Positions 30,046-41,430 of a stretch of 64,000 nucleotides of DNA are shown piece after piece. Where the stretch lies: the NCBI GenBank assembly GCA_964291235.2, contig OZ219815.1:544001-608000 (forward strand), read 5' to 3'. The stretch is from Vicinamibacteria bacterium. Lineage in GTDB: Bacteria > Acidobacteriota > Vicinamibacteria > Marinacidobacterales > Marinacidobacteraceae. Positions within the stretch are counted from its first letter, which is position 1; the number at the start of each line of letters is the position of its first letter. A program made the translations under genes and the position numbers. A model generated the notes under the pieces. That model made no database searches and was not told the origin of the DNA. It saw only the letters and a list, made by a program, of their open reading frames with translations.

Positions 30046-31362
30046 GTGACCTGGGCGTTCGGGGCGGCACTCCTCGGCGTACTGGCGCTTTCGGCCTTCT
30101 TCTCGGGCTCGGAAACCGCCTTCATGGCGGTGCGGCTCCACCGGTTGCGCGCCCGGGCACCCCGAAGCCGGAAGGCCGCCGCCGTCCTTCGCGTCGCGGA
30201 GCATCCGGAGCGCTTTCTGGGCGCAATCCTGACCGGAAACGTCTTCGCCAACGTACTCGCGGGGGTGCTGGCCACGGTGGTCTTGTCCGCGGGGGCCGAA
30301 ACGGGCGAGGAGCGGGCTCGCGCGGCGACCCTCGCGACGCTCCTCGTCGGAGCTGCCCTGCTCGTCTTCGGCGAGATGGTTCCCAAGAGCATCGCCTCCC
30401 GCCACTCGGAGAGATGGTCCCTGAGCATGGTGCGTCCCGTGCAGGGACTGCTGTGGCTCCTCGGGCCCATCGCCGCCGCACTTTCCTGGCTGGTGACCAA
30501 CCTCTTGAGAGTCTTCGGCATCTCGCGCCCGGCGCGGGAAGCGGCCATCAGCGCCGCCGAGATGCGGGAAAGCCTCCGCTTCGGACCTCCGGACACCGAC
30601 GTGGTGGAAAAGCAGGTTCTGGTGCAGCTCGCCGACGCCACCGGACGGCGGCTCACCGAGGTCATGACTCCGAGACGCGCCATCGTGTCGGTTCCCTTCG
30701 GTGCGGGAGTTGCCGAAACGATGCGGCTTTTTCGCCAGCACGGGCATACCCGGCTTCCGGTGGTGGGCAGCACTCTCGACGATGTCCGGGGCGTCATGGA
30801 TCTCCGGGAGGTCCTTCCCGTGGTCGAATCCGGGGGTGAATTCCGCCCGGAGAACCACGTGACGCCGGCCCGGTTCTCTCCCGGCACCGCCACCCTGGCG
30901 CAGGCGCTCGTCCAGATGCGCGACGGATCCTGCCGGATGCTCATCGTGGTGGACGAACATGGAGGGGTCGAAGGCCTGGTTACTTCCAGTTCGCTCCTCG
31001 GGGCCATTCGCGGCCCCTGGCCCGGCGACCGGCCTCCCGGGCCCGGAGGCAGCCTGGTGCTCGATGGAACGCTGACCGTGTCCGAGGCGAACGACGAACT
31101 CGCGCAGTACGGGACCGGCGCGCACGCTTCGGACGAGCGGATCGAGATCCCGCCGGGAGACGACTACGACACCGTGGCCGGGTTTGTGCTGGCCCGGACC
31201 GGCAGAATTCCCGACGAGGGAGAAACCGTTCCGGTCCCAGGTGCGGTCCTCCGGGTGATCGCCGTGGATCGGCACCGGATCACTCGGCTGCGCGTCGAAC
31301 CCGTGCCCCGGGAGCCGGGTGATACCGGGAAGAGCAAGGATGGCGGTTCGGGCGACGTCTGA
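30046..31362 (+). CDS. CNNM/DUF21-CBS-CorC (HlyC/CorC family) transporter
   Basis: SAFFSGSETA, FGEMVPKSIA, VMTPR, TRLPV, VVDEHGG.EGLVT, YDTVAGF. Confidence 0.92.
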   Translation: MTWAFGAALLGVLALSAFFSGSETAFMAVRLHRLRARAPRSRKAAAVLRVAEHPERFLGAILTGNVFANVLAGVLATVVLSAGAETGEERARAATLATLLVGAALLVFGEMVPKSIASRHSERWSLSMVRPVQGLLWLLGPIAAALSWLVTNLLRVFGISRPAREAAISAAEMRESLRFGPPDTDVVEKQVLVQLADATGRRLTEVMTPRRAIVSVPFGAGVAETMRLFRQHGHTRLPVVGSTLDDVRGVMDLREVLPVVESGGEFRPENHVTPARFSPGTATLAQALVQMRDGSCRMLIVVDEHGGVEGLVTSSSLLGAIRGPWPGDRPPGPGGSLVLDGTLTVSEANDELAQYGTGAHASDERIEIPPGDDYDTVAGFVLARTGRIPDEGETVPVPGAVLRVIAVDRHRITRLRVEPVPREPGDTGKSKDGGSGDV

Positions 31363-32458
31363 TTCCGAACTCCCCGTGAAGCCCCGGAGCCTTCGGCACG
31401 CGGTGCTGCGGACTCTCAAGGAGGCGCTCGCGGCCGCGCTGGAGTGGTTTCCGGGCGACGCCGGGAACCGGTCGGTGCTTGTCGGGTTTTCCGGGGGTGT
31501 GGACTCCACAGCCCTCCTCCACCTGCTCACGGCGCCCGGCGGCCTCGCCGAGAGAGCCGGCGGACCCGTCGTGGTGGCGGCGCATCTCGACCATCGGCTG
31601 CGGCCCGACTCCGGCGAGCAGGCCCGGTTCGCAGGCGCCGTCGCGGCCTCCCTCAAAATTGAATGTGTCAGCGCCCGGCGGGACGTGAGCGCCCGCGCCC
31701 GCCGGGAGCGACGTTCGCTAGAGGAAGCCGGCCGGCGCGCGCGGCTTGATTTCTTCGCGGACGTCGCTCGGGAAAAGGGCGCCAGCGCCGTTTTGCTCGG
31801 ACACACGCTGACCGACCAGTCCGAAACCCTGCTCCTTCAGTTGGTCCGGGGCGCCGGAACTCTGGGGCTCGGCGCCATGGCTCCCGTCCGCACCGACGAA
31901 AGAGGATTCGTGATCGTCCGGCCGCTGCTCTCCGTCTCGCGGACCGAGATCGCTCGACTCGTCGGGGAAGAGGGGTGGCCGTCCTACCGCGACCCGTCGA
32001 ACGAGCTCGAGGAGTTCACCCGAAACCGGATCCGGCGCCGCGTTCTTCCCCTGCTCAGGGACTCCGTGAACCCACGGGCGGAAGCCGCCCTGGGCCGGGC
32101 AGCCTCGCTTCTCCGGGACGATGAGGACCTGTTGAGCGAGGTCACGTCCCGGCGTTTCTCCGAAATCGCGGATGTCGGGAAGCGCGAGAACGGCGCCGAA
32201 GTCCGGTTTGGGGTCGCCGAACTGGAGGCGGCTCATCCGGCGCTCGCGCGCCGCCTGCTGCGGGAAGCCCTGCGGGTGGCCCGGGGACACCTGCGGCGGA
32301 TCGGGGCAGTCCACATCGAGGCGGTCCGCCGCCTGGTCAAGGCCGGCCGCGGCGGCTCTTCGCTGAATCTTCCCGGCGCGACGGTGCGTCTCGAACGACG
32401 GGTGCTGACGTTTTCTCCCTCCGAGAACACGGGTGGCGATCACGACGATGAAGCCTGA
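31340..32458 (+). CDS. tilS: tRNA(Ile)-lysidine synthetase
   Basis: SGGVDS, HLDHRLR, GH...DQSET.L, IVRPLL, DPSN, RNRIR. Start uncertain. Confidence 0.94.
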   Translation: MAVRATSDSELPVKPRSLRHAVLRTLKEALAAALEWFPGDAGNRSVLVGFSGGVDSTALLHLLTAPGGLAERAGGPVVVAAHLDHRLRPDSGEQARFAGAVAASLKIECVSARRDVSARARRERRSLEEAGRRARLDFFADVAREKGASAVLLGHTLTDQSETLLLQLVRGAGTLGLGAMAPVRTDERGFVIVRPLLSVSRTEIARLVGEEGWPSYRDPSNELEEFTRNRIRRRVLPLLRDSVNPRAEAALGRAASLLRDDEDLLSEVTSRRFSEIADVGKRENGAEVRFGVAELEAAHPALARRLLREALRVARGHLRRIGAVHIEAVRRLVKAGRGGSSLNLPGATVRLERRVLTFSPSENTGGDHDDEA

Positions 32459-32578
32459 GCCACCCCGAGCAGCGAGGCCTCGCGAGTCCGGAACCGGTTC
32501 TGGGGCCGGGTCGAGCGGGGGAAACGGAGCGCAACCTATAATTTGCCCGGACTATCTTCGTATGACACACGGTTACGG

Positions 32579-32646
32579 AACAGCCTGCGTTGAGATCCAG
32601 GCGGCCTTCGAACAGCGCTCACGCGGGTTCCACCACAAGTCTGCTG
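32579..32646. mobile_element. Internally deleted copy of the MITE at 45427-45627
   Basis: AACAGCCTGCG ... GCGCTCACGCGGGTTCCACCACAAGTCTGCT resembles both ends of that element. Confidence 0.5.
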
Positions 32647-32667
32647 CAGCCCGGGCGATGAGTTGAG

Positions 32668-34590
32668 ATGAGTTCCACGATGAAGAACCTCATGTTCTGG
32701 CTGACGGCCTCGCTCGTGCTGATCCTTTTCTGGAACGTCTCGAGCCGCATTTCCGATCAAGAGAACGAACTCTCCTTCACGCAGTTCATGCAGCGGGTGG
32801 AGGAGGACAAGATCGCCGACGTGCGGATCAGCGGGACCGGCGCGGGTAGCGAGATCACCGGAACTCTCGTCGACGGCAATTCGTTTCGGACCTTCGCTCC
32901 GGAGATGGAAGGCCTGGTGCCCACCCTCCTCGAACGCGGAATCAATGTGGAAGCCGACGACGCCAGTCGCACTCCGTGGATCGTCACCCTCCTGAGTTGG
33001 CTGCCGATCCTCCTGATCGTCGGCCTTTTCTTCTTCCTCATCCGGCAGATGCAGGCGCCGGGGAACCGCGCCATGTCGTTCGGGCGCAGCCGGGCCAAGC
33101 TGACCTCCAACCAACAGAAGAAGGTCACCTTCAAGGATGTGGCCGGCGTTGACGAGCCGAAAGAAGAGCTTCAGGAGATCATCGATTTTCTGAAGGAACC
33201 CCAGAAGTTCCAGCGCCTCGGCGGAAGAATTCCGAAGGGGGTGCTGCTCATGGGTCCCCCGGGAACGGGCAAGACGCTGTTGGCCCGCGCCATTTCCGGC
33301 GAGGCCAGCGTCCCCTTCTTCACCATCAGCGGCTCGGACTTCGTCGAGATGTTCGTGGGTGTCGGGGCCAGCCGGGTCCGCGACCTCTTCGAACAGGGCA
33401 AGAAAAACGCGCCGTGCATCGTCTTCATCGACGAAATCGACGCGGTGGGCCGGCAGCGGGGAGCCGGGCTCGGAGGCGGGCACGACGAAAGGGAACAGAC
33501 CCTGAACCAGTTGCTCGTCGAGATGGACGGTTTCGAGTCCAACGACGGGGTCATCCTCATCGCCTCCACCAACCGGCCGGATGTCCTCGATCCGGCGCTT
33601 CTGCGTCCGGGGCGGTTTGACCGCCGGGTGGTGGTCTCCCTGCCCGACATCAAGGGCCGCGAGGGAGTCCTCAAGGTCCACAGCGCCCGCATCCCCTTCG
33701 AGTCCGACGTGGACCTCAGCATCATCGCCCGCGGCACGCCCGGTTTTTCCGGCGCGGACCTCGCCAACCTGGTGAACGAGGCGGCCCTGAACGCCGCCCG
33801 CTATTCCCAGAAGAACGTGCGCATGAACGACTTCGAGCAGGCGAAGGACAAGGTGATGATGGGGGCGGAGCGCCGGTCGGTCATCATGACGCCGGACGAG
33901 AAGCGGACCACGGCCTACCACGAGGCCGGACACGCAGTGGTGGCGGCGCTGCTCGAGGAGGCCGACCCCCTGCACAAGGTCAGCATCATTCCACGCGGGA
34001 TGGCGATGGGAGTGACGATGCTGCTGCCCGAGAATGACCGGCGCACCCATGACCGGAACTACGTCGAAGCCATGATCGCGGTGAAAATGGGCGGGCGCCT
34101 CGCGGAGGAGATCTTCCTCGGACAAGTGACTACGGGGGCCTCCGACGACATCCAGAAGGCGACGGACCTGGCGCGGAGCATGGTCTGCGAATGGGGCATG
34201 AGCGAGACGCTCGGACCGCTCTCGTTTGACCGATCGGGTAACGAAGTCTTCCTCGGACGCGACCTGGCGGCGCGCAAGGACTACAGCGAGAGCACGGCCA
34301 AGCAGATCGACGCAGAAGTGCATCGCATTGTGGACGATGCCTACCGCCGGGCCAAGAAACTGCTCGAGACGAACCGCGAGCGGTTGGCAGCCGTCGCGGA
34401 AGCGCTCCTCGAGCGCGAAGTGCTGAATTCCGAGGAAGTCCAGCTCGTCCTCGAAGGAAAAACACTTCCCGAACCCGCGCCCGCTCCGGTCGAGCCCGAC
34501 GCGGAATCTCCCGACCCGGCCCCCCAGAAAGTGCCCGGGCGTGTCGCTATCACTCCTCCCCTGGTGCCCGAACCCGGCGGCGCAACCTAA
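32668..34590 (+). CDS. ftsH: ATP-dependent zinc metalloprotease FtsH
   Basis: Two TM segments, [38 protein letters not shown]. Confidence 0.98.
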   Translation: MSSTMKNLMFWLTASLVLILFWNVSSRISDQENELSFTQFMQRVEEDKIADVRISGTGAGSEITGTLVDGNSFRTFAPEMEGLVPTLLERGINVEADDASRTPWIVTLLSWLPILLIVGLFFFLIRQMQAPGNRAMSFGRSRAKLTSNQQKKVTFKDVAGVDEPKEELQEIIDFLKEPQKFQRLGGRIPKGVLLMGPPGTGKTLLARAISGEASVPFFTISGSDFVEMFVGVGASRVRDLFEQGKKNAPCIVFIDEIDAVGRQRGAGLGGGHDEREQTLNQLLVEMDGFESNDGVILIASTNRPDVLDPALLRPGRFDRRVVVSLPDIKGREGVLKVHSARIPFESDVDLSIIARGTPGFSGADLANLVNEAALNAARYSQKNVRMNDFEQAKDKVMMGAERRSVIMTPDEKRTTAYHEAGHAVVAALLEEADPLHKVSIIPRGMAMGVTMLLPENDRRTHDRNYVEAMIAVKMGGRLAEEIFLGQVTTGASDDIQKATDLARSMVCEWGMSETLGPLSFDRSGNEVFLGRDLAARKDYSESTAKQIDAEVHRIVDDAYRRAKKLLETNRERLAAVAEALLEREVLNSEEVQLVLEGKTLPEPAPAPVEPDAESPDPAPQKVPGRVAITPPLVPEPGGAT

Positions 34591-34680
34591 GCAGTCCGTG
34601 GACTCAGTTGCGTGCCCCAGTTCTCCCGTCATTCCGCCTGAACGACTCCGCTGTGGCGGCAGGGTTTCCCGCATAACAGA

Positions 34681-35529
34681 TTGACCGACACGATCCGCGA
34701 ACTGGCTCAGACCCTCGCGGCTCGCATGTCCTGGACCGATGTCCTGGACATCATCCTGGTGGCCGGGGCGATCTACGTCCTGCTCAAGCTCATCGAAGGC
34801 CGGCGAGCCTCCCAGATGGCCTTCGGCACCGTCATCGTGGGAGGTCTGTTGCTGCTTACCGGGTCCAGTCAGCTCGGTCTCACCACGGTCCAGTGGATCG
34901 TGCGCAACACGCTCCCCTATCTCGGGATAGCAATCATCGTTCTCTATCAGGCGGAAATCCGGACCGGACTTGCCCGGGTCGGCGGCGGCGGGTTCCTGCG
35001 CGGACGCCGCCGGGATCTGGATCCGCAACGCGCCACGATCGCGACGCTCGTGGAAGCCGCCACCGAGCTGTCCCGCCATCGCGTCGGGGCCATCGTGGTC
35101 TGGCAGGGAAACATCGGCCTCAAGAGCTACGCCGATTCCGGCATGCAGCTCGATGCGCAACTGAGTTCCGAGTTGCTGGTGTCGCTGTTCCAGCCCACCT
35201 CCCCGCTCCATGACGGAGCCGCCATCGTGAGTGGCGATCGGATTGTGGCGGCCCGCTGTGTGCTGCCGCTTTCGCGACACGACGCGGCAGACACCGTCGG
35301 GGGTACCCGCCATCGCGCGGCGCTCGGCCTTACCGAGGAGACGGACGCGACGGTGCTGGTTCTTTCCGAGGAGACCGGACAGGCCAGCGTGGTTTCCGCT
35401 GGTCGGATCGTGCCCGTTGCCGACCGTGCCGACCTGGAGGGAGAACTCGCCAGGTCGCGACCCACCCCGTCGAGCGCTTCCGAACCAGCGCCAGCCCGGC
35501 GCCTCTCGAATCCGGAGATCGTGCGGTGA
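34681..35529 (+). CDS. cdaA: Diadenylate cyclase CdaA/DacA
   Basis: Three N-terminal TM segments, Q.EIR, SPLHDGA, GTRHRAALG, SEETG. Confidence 0.94.
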   Translation: MTDTIRELAQTLAARMSWTDVLDIILVAGAIYVLLKLIEGRRASQMAFGTVIVGGLLLLTGSSQLGLTTVQWIVRNTLPYLGIAIIVLYQAEIRTGLARVGGGGFLRGRRRDLDPQRATIATLVEAATELSRHRVGAIVVWQGNIGLKSYADSGMQLDAQLSSELLVSLFQPTSPLHDGAAIVSGDRIVAARCVLPLSRHDAADTVGGTRHRAALGLTEETDATVLVLSEETGQASVVSAGRIVPVADRADLEGELARSRPTPSSASEPAPARRLSNPEIVR

Positions 35530-36497
35530 GGAAGTTCGTCGCCGGATCCGAGTCGTTTCGCGCCGCCGGGATGTTGCGGGCGTTCGTGGCGCTCGGGCTC
35601 GCGTTCGGCCTTTGGTTCTTCGTGGCGGACGACCGGGGAGCCGAAGTCCTGGTTTCCGCACCCCTGGAACTCGTCAATGTTCCACCCGGACTCGAAGTCG
35701 TGGACCAGTCGGTGCAGGAGGTGGACCTGAGGCTGCGCGGCGCCTCCGGACTGCTGCGCGACGCACCCCTCCAGGGGCTCCGCGCCCGGTTGGATCTGAC
35801 GGGCGAGGCGCCAGGCGAACGTACCTGGTTTCTCGGCACCGAGGCGGTCGAAGCCCCTTCCGGCGTCCTGGTCATGCGGGTGGATCCTTCCCAGGTCGTC
35901 CTGCGCCTCGACCGCACCCTGACCAGCACCGTCCGCGTGAGTCCGCGGGTGCTCGGCCAACCGGCGACGGGTTTCGAAATCCACAACGTCGTGATCGACC
36001 CGGTCGAACTCGTCCTCGAGGGCCCGGAGTCGTTGCTGCGCGACACGGCACAGATCACCACCGAACCGATTTCCGCGCAGGGGCTCCGGGAGACCTTTGC
36101 GCAGCGTCTGCAAATCGAGCTCGATCCCGCCCTTCGTCCCTCCGTTCGGCATGTGGACGTGCGCCTCGATATCGGCGAGGCCCGGGAAGCCCGCGAATTG
36201 CGACTGGCTGTCTGGCTGACCCCCGGCGAGGCCGACGAGCCGGCCTGCGCACCCGGGATCAGCGAAATCGCCGCCACGGTGCGCATCCCGATGAGCATGT
36301 TGAACGAGGTCAACGAATCGAATCTCTTCGCCGTCGTTTCCTGCGCGGGACTCGAGTCCGGCGTCTACGAGATCGTTCCGCGGCTCCTGTTCCCCGAAGC
36401 GCCCGACGCTCCGATCGGCGCCGTTGCCTTCGATCCCGAAACCGTCACCACCGTGGTTGGCTCCCCGCCTGCATCGCCGACCCCGGACTGGGACTGA
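35526..36497 (+). CDS. cdaR: CdaR/YbbR-domain protein
   Basis: Single TM segment ending LWFFV, YbbR-like repeats (N.P.GL...V.LRLRG; P..V...GP.S); GTGA-coupled to cdaA. Confidence 0.85.
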   Translation: MRKFVAGSESFRAAGMLRAFVALGLAFGLWFFVADDRGAEVLVSAPLELVNVPPGLEVVDQSVQEVDLRLRGASGLLRDAPLQGLRARLDLTGEAPGERTWFLGTEAVEAPSGVLVMRVDPSQVVLRLDRTLTSTVRVSPRVLGQPATGFEIHNVVIDPVELVLEGPESLLRDTAQITTEPISAQGLRETFAQRLQIELDPALRPSVRHVDVRLDIGEAREARELRLAVWLTPGEADEPACAPGISEIAATVRIPMSMLNEVNESNLFAVVSCAGLESGVYEIVPRLLFPEAPDAPIGAVAFDPETVTTVVGSPPASPTPDWD

Positions 36498-36507
36498 TCG
36501 GGCGGTC

Positions 36508-37167
36508 ATGACCAGCACCGCAACGCCGCGTCCGCGCTCCTCGACCCGCGAGTACTTCGAGTCGATCTGCGCCGCGGTGATCCTCGCGCTGTTCGTGCGC
36601 ACGTTCGTCTTCCAGGCGTTCAAGATTCCGACCGGTTCCATGCAGGACAACCTCCTGATCGGTGATCACCTGATGGTGAACAAGATGCTGTTCCACGATG
36701 GGGGAGGCGTTCTCCTGCCGTCGCGCGACGTGGAGCGCGGCGATGTGGTGGTCTTCAAGTTCCCCGAGGAACCGGATCGGGACTTCATCAAGCGCATCGT
36801 GGGACTGCCGGGCGAGACGCTCCAGATCGGGCGGAGGCAGGTTCTCATCGACGGGGATCCCCTGCCCGAGGACTACACCCGCTTCGTGCACGGTGGCCAG
36901 CCCGCCATGCGCGAGTACCGCGTTCCCGACGGACACTATTTCGTCATGGGGGACAACCGGGACAACAGCGATGACAGCCGTTACTGGGGCCCGCTTCCGG
37001 CCGAGAACATCAAGGGGAAGGGCCTGTTCATCTACTGGTCGTACGGAGCGCCGCGCGAGGAATACCTCGAGACCAGACTTTCCCAGCGGCTCGTGGATCT
37101 GCTCCTGCTGCCGGTGCGCTTTTTCTCGCGCACCCGCTGGGATCGTTTCTTCATCCCGGTCCAGTAG
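36508..37167 (+). CDS. lepB: Signal peptidase I
   Basis: IPTGSM, GD.L.VNK, DFIKRIVGLPG, MGDNRDNSDDSRYWG. Confidence 0.96.
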   Translation: MTSTATPRPRSSTREYFESICAAVILALFVRTFVFQAFKIPTGSMQDNLLIGDHLMVNKMLFHDGGGVLLPSRDVERGDVVVFKFPEEPDRDFIKRIVGLPGETLQIGRRQVLIDGDPLPEDYTRFVHGGQPAMREYRVPDGHYFVMGDNRDNSDDSRYWGPLPAENIKGKGLFIYWSYGAPREEYLETRLSQRLVDLLLLPVRFFSRTRWDRFFIPVQ

Positions 37168-37211
37168 GGCGCCGGTCCAGTAGGGAAGCGCCGCCCGGCG
37201 GCGCCGGCGAG

Positions 37212-37919
37212 TCAGGCGCCCCGCCGGCCGAAAATCGCGGTTCCGACGCGGATCGTGGTGGCCCCCTCGGCGATCGCGACTTCGAAGTCGTGGCTCATCC
37301 CCATCGACAGCTCGGGCTCGCGCGGCAGCAGCCCGCCATCGGCACACCGGTCCCCGAGTTCCCGGAGCCGAACGAACCACGGGCGGACCGTTTCCGGGTC
37401 GGGATCGAACGGCGGAATCAACATGAGCCCGGAAAGCTTGAGACCGGGCAGTCGCGCGATCGCCTCCAGCGCGCCCGGCAGCTCCGGCTCCGGAATCCCG
37501 AATTTCGAGGACTCGCCGGCAAGGTCCACTTGCGCCAGAACCCGGATCGGCGCCCCCCCGGGCGGAAGGACTCCCTGTGCCACCATGCCGCTCAGCCGGG
37601 TAGCCAGCGAGACGCTGTCCACGGACTGAATCACCGGAAACAACCCCACCGCCTGCCGGGCCTTGTTGCGCTGGAGATGCCCGATCAGGTGCGGGGTGAT
37701 CGAAACCCGGAGCGCCGGCAGCTTCGAGGCCGCCTCCTGAATCCGGTTCTCGCCGAAATCGCTGATCCCCAGCGCGGCCGCCGCCTCGATATCCGCCACC
37801 GGCCGCGTCTTGGAAACCGCGACCAGCCGAACCCCTGCCGGGTCTCGACCAGCCCGGCGGCAGCTCTCACCAATGCGGTCCCGCACGGCGGCGATACGTT
37901 CGGACAACGAAGAACTCAC
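37212..37919 (-). CDS. yggS: PLP homeostasis protein YggS
   Basis: [50 protein letters not shown]. Confidence 0.96.
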   Translation of the reverse strand: MSSSLSERIAAVRDRIGESCRRAGRDPAGVRLVAVSKTRPVADIEAAAALGISDFGENRIQEAASKLPALRVSITPHLIGHLQRNKARQAVGLFPVIQSVDSVSLATRLSGMVAQGVLPPGGAPIRVLAQVDLAGESSKFGIPEPELPGALEAIARLPGLKLSGLMLIPPFDPDPETVRPWFVRLRELGDRCADGGLLPREPELSMGMSHDFEVAIAEGATTIRVGTAIFGRRGA

Positions 37920-39922
37920 GGCAGGGACTCCAGAAAGGTGGTGGCTTCTTCCAGACTGGTGGTCAGGGGAAACGGAGGGAGGCTGCGGACGAGGCGCCGG
38001 CCGTAACCCATCCGCACCAGACGGGAGTCCAGGACCGCGGCGAGCCCGACATCCTGCTGCGTCCGGATCAGCCGGCCCAGGCCCTGTTTCAGCGTGAGGG
38101 CCGCCTGCGGCACCGAATAGTTGGCGAAGCCGTCGCCGGTCGCCTCCTCGGCGCGCTCGGCGCGCGCCTGGTGGAGAGGGTCCGACGGCACCGGGAACGG
38201 CAGCTTGTCGATCACCAGCAACGTGAGCGCCTCTCCGGGGATGTCCACCCCTTCCCAGAAGGAACGAACCCCCAGGAGGACCGCGTTGGGAGTCTTGCGG
38301 AAGGAACCCACCAAGGCGGCGTTTCCGCCGCCCCGGTGCTGCCGCAACACCGGGAAGGGACAGGCCTCACCGAGCACGCGCCCCACGCGTTCGAGGTTTC
38401 CCCAGCTCGTGAAAAGGATGAGGGCTCGGCCCCGGCTGGCGTGGACCAGGTGGAGAACCTGTTCGGCGACGGCGTCCTGAAATCCCGGATGGCGCGGGCT
38501 CACCAGGTCGCGCGGGACGTAGAGCCTTGTCTGATCCTCGAACCGGAAGGGGGAAGAGACGACGCTCCCTGCCGTGGCGGCCACTCCGAGGCTGTCCGCC
38601 GCGTAGTCGAAGCCGCCGTCCAGCGCCAGGGTCGCGGACGTCAGCACGCACGACTTCAGTGGGTCGAACAGCCCCTGCCGCAGCTCGCCGCCGGGATGCA
38701 CGGGAGCGGCGCTCGCATAGCACGTGCGTCCGCCCCGGGACGCCGCTCTCGCCTTTCCTGCCTCCGCCCGACCGTTTTCCCTGCGGAAGACGCTCCAGTG
38801 GACGTAGTCGGGACGCGGCGTCATCAAGGCCCGCAGCTCGACCCGGAACTCGCTCACCCGCTTCAAAAAGCGCTCCGCGCCGGTCTCGGCGTCGCTTTCG
38901 TCGGGGGGTGGACTCTCCCTCAGAGCCTCGCGGACCTTCAGAAGATGCTTCTCGAGCGCCTCGAGCTGCCAACCGGCCGCCTCCTCGTGCTCCTTCGCCT
39001 CCGCGCCAAGGGTGTCCGGGACGAAAAGACGCGGGCCGTCATCGCGTTCGGGAGCAAGGATCTCAAAGAGATCGCGATAGGCGCGTTTCAACTTCCGGAG
39101 GGCTGGAAGCGCAGTGAGACCGGGAGCCGCACGCTTCAGAAAACGTGTCAGGTCGGTCGCCAGGCGGTCGGCCGCCGCCCCCGAGAGGGTGCTCGAGAAC
39201 CCGTGGGTGGCGGCGTCCTCGAGCCGGTGTGCTTCGTCCACGATCAGGTGGTCGTACTCGGGAAGCACCTCGCCGAAATCGGTCTGACGCACGATCAGGT
39301 CGGCAACGAGCAAATGGTGGTTCACGATCAGAATCTGGCTCGTATGCGCCCGCTTCCGAAGGGTGGTCAGGTGGCACTCCTCGTGGTGCGGGCAGCGGCG
39401 GCCGATGCAGTTCTCGGAAATGGTGGATATTCCGCGCCAGAAATCGAGGGAACCGCGAAGTCCACGGATTTCGTCCCGGTCTCCGGTCCTGGTCTTCTCC
39501 GCCCAGGACGCGATGCGCCGGAGATCGGCGCCTCGCCGGGGATCGAGCTTCAGATTCCGGGCCGTCTGAAACTTCTGCCACTCCAGCCGGCAGAGATAGT
39601 TCTCGCGTCCCTTCATGCGCGCCGCGGGAACCCGGCTCCCCAAGATGCTCTGAAGCTGGGGCAGATCCTTCTCGAAGAGCTGGTCCTGGAGGTTCTTGGT
39701 CGCCGTGGAGATGACGACCCTCTCGCCGCAAAGAAGCGCCGGAATGAGATAGGCGAACGACTTGCCGATCCCCGTTCCGGCCTCGATCATCAGCGTGGCG
39801 TTGAGGTTCAGCGTCTCCTCCACCCGCGCGGCCATCTCCACCTGTCCGGCGCGATATTCGAAGTCCGGCAGCGCCTCGGACAGGGCCCCGTGGGGACCGA
39901 GAAAATCGGCCGCCCGGCTCAT
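37916..39922 (-). CDS. DinG/YoaA-family Fe-S DNA helicase
   Basis: [20 protein letters not shown], Cys cluster (CIGRRCP...C), [24 protein letters not shown]. Confidence 0.94.
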   Translation of the reverse strand: MSRAADFLGPHGALSEALPDFEYRAGQVEMAARVEETLNLNATLMIEAGTGIGKSFAYLIPALLCGERVVISTATKNLQDQLFEKDLPQLQSILGSRVPAARMKGRENYLCRLEWQKFQTARNLKLDPRRGADLRRIASWAEKTRTGDRDEIRGLRGSLDFWRGISTISENCIGRRCPHHEECHLTTLRKRAHTSQILIVNHHLLVADLIVRQTDFGEVLPEYDHLIVDEAHRLEDAATHGFSSTLSGAAADRLATDLTRFLKRAAPGLTALPALRKLKRAYRDLFEILAPERDDGPRLFVPDTLGAEAKEHEEAAGWQLEALEKHLLKVREALRESPPPDESDAETGAERFLKRVSEFRVELRALMTPRPDYVHWSVFRRENGRAEAGKARAASRGGRTCYASAAPVHPGGELRQGLFDPLKSCVLTSATLALDGGFDYAADSLGVAATAGSVVSSPFRFEDQTRLYVPRDLVSPRHPGFQDAVAEQVLHLVHASRGRALILFTSWGNLERVGRVLGEACPFPVLRQHRGGGNAALVGSFRKTPNAVLLGVRSFWEGVDIPGEALTLLVIDKLPFPVPSDPLHQARAERAEEATGDGFANYSVPQAALTLKQGLGRLIRTQQDVGLAAVLDSRLVRMGYGRRLVRSLPPFPLTTSLEEATTFLESLP

Positions 39923-40093
39923 CTAGGGACTCTCCCGCACGAGTCGGCGCTCGGGTGGCCGGCTCTGGCGCAATCCACCGGTTGGGGCGCGGCGGCGGCG
40001 ATCAGGGCGCCGGGTTTTCGCCGCCGCCGGCGGCGGTGCGGGTCGGCAGGCTCCCACCGGGCGGACGGGCGGCGCTCCTCGCACCCGGCCGGT

Positions 40094-41374
40094 TCACGCC
40101 GCCGGCGACACGTAGAGCGGAAATCCCGAGGCAAGTTCGGCCACCTCGTCGGCTATCCGGGCCAGGCCTGACTCGTCGTCCGCCGCGCGAAGGGCGGCAT
40201 CCATCAGACGGGCCACCTCGACCATCTCGTTCTCCCGCATGCCACGCGTGGTGAGCGCCGCCGTGCCCAGCCGGATACCGCTCGCGATCATCGGCTTTTC
40301 GGGATCAAAGGGAATCGTGTTCTTGTTCGCGGTAATTCCCGCGGCCTCCATCGCCACCTCGGCGTCCCGACCCGTAACTCCCCGGGCGCCCACGTCCACC
40401 AGCACGAGGTGGTTGTCCGTTCCCCCGGAAACCAGCCGGAATCCCTGGGCAACGAGCGCCTCGGCCAGCGCCTTGGCGTTCTTCACGATCTGGCGCGCGT
40501 ACTCGGCGAACGACGGATCGAGCGCCTCCCGGAAACACACCGCCTTCGCGGCGATCGTGTGCATCATCGGCCCACCCTGGATCCCCGGGAAGGTGATTCG
40601 GTTGAGAGCCTTCCCGTAGCCCTTCTCGTTCCAGAGAATGAGCCCGCCCCGCGGGCCGCGAAGCGTCTTGTGGGTCGTGGTGGTGACGACGTCCGAATGG
40701 GGGACCGGACTCGGAATTGCGCCCCCGGCGACCAATCCGGCGACGTGAGCGATATCGGTGACCACTTTCGCGCCGACATCGTCCGCGATCTGGCGGATTT
40801 CCTCACTGGGGTAGAGACGCGGATAGGCGCTCGCCCCCACGATGATCATCTTGGGCCGGTGCTCCCGCGCGAGCCGCTGCAACGCGTCGAGATCGATGCG
40901 CTCGTCCTCCCGGCGCACCCCGTAGGCAATCGGCCGATAGAACTGCCCCGAAAAGTTGAGCGGGTGGCCGTGGGTCAGGTGCCCTCCCTGATCGAGGGCC
41001 ATTCCCAGGAAAGCGTCTCCGGGCTCCAGAATCGCCTGGAAGGCGACCATGTTCGCCTGGGAGCCGCTGTGGGGCTGGACGTTCGCATACCGGGAGCCGA
41101 AGAGTTCCTTGGCCCGGTTCCGGGCCAGCCTTTCCGCTTCGTCCACGTGGACGCAGCCGCCGTAGTACCGCCGCCCCGGGTAACCCTCGGCGTACTTGTT
41201 GGTCATCACCGAACCGGTGGCCTCCATCACCGCGTCGCTCGCGAAATTCTCGGACGCAATCAGTTCGAGGCCCTGCGACTGGCGTATCTCTTCGGCCTCG
41301 ATGGCGGCGGCGATCTCGGGGTCCCGCTCAGAGAGGCTGGGACCGAGGCGGCGACGGGAAAAGGAACTGCTCAC
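40094..41374 (-). CDS. glyA: Serine hydroxymethyltransferase
   Basis: [46 protein letters not shown]. Start is GTG 41374 or TTG 41434. Confidence 0.97.
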   Translation of the reverse strand: MSSSFSRRRLGPSLSERDPEIAAAIEAEEIRQSQGLELIASENFASDAVMEATGSVMTNKYAEGYPGRRYYGGCVHVDEAERLARNRAKELFGSRYANVQPHSGSQANMVAFQAILEPGDAFLGMALDQGGHLTHGHPLNFSGQFYRPIAYGVRREDERIDLDALQRLAREHRPKMIIVGASAYPRLYPSEEIRQIADDVGAKVVTDIAHVAGLVAGGAIPSPVPHSDVVTTTTHKTLRGPRGGLILWNEKGYGKALNRITFPGIQGGPMMHTIAAKAVCFREALDPSFAEYARQIVKNAKALAEALVAQGFRLVSGGTDNHLVLVDVGARGVTGRDAEVAMEAAGITANKNTIPFDPEKPMIASGIRLGTAALTTRGMRENEMVEVARLMDAALRAADDESGLARIADEVAELASGFPLYVSPAA

Positions 41375-41430
41375 GGGAGCGCCAGTATAGGACCGCCCGG
41401 GGGGACTCCGGTCAGGTGGAACCCGGTGAC

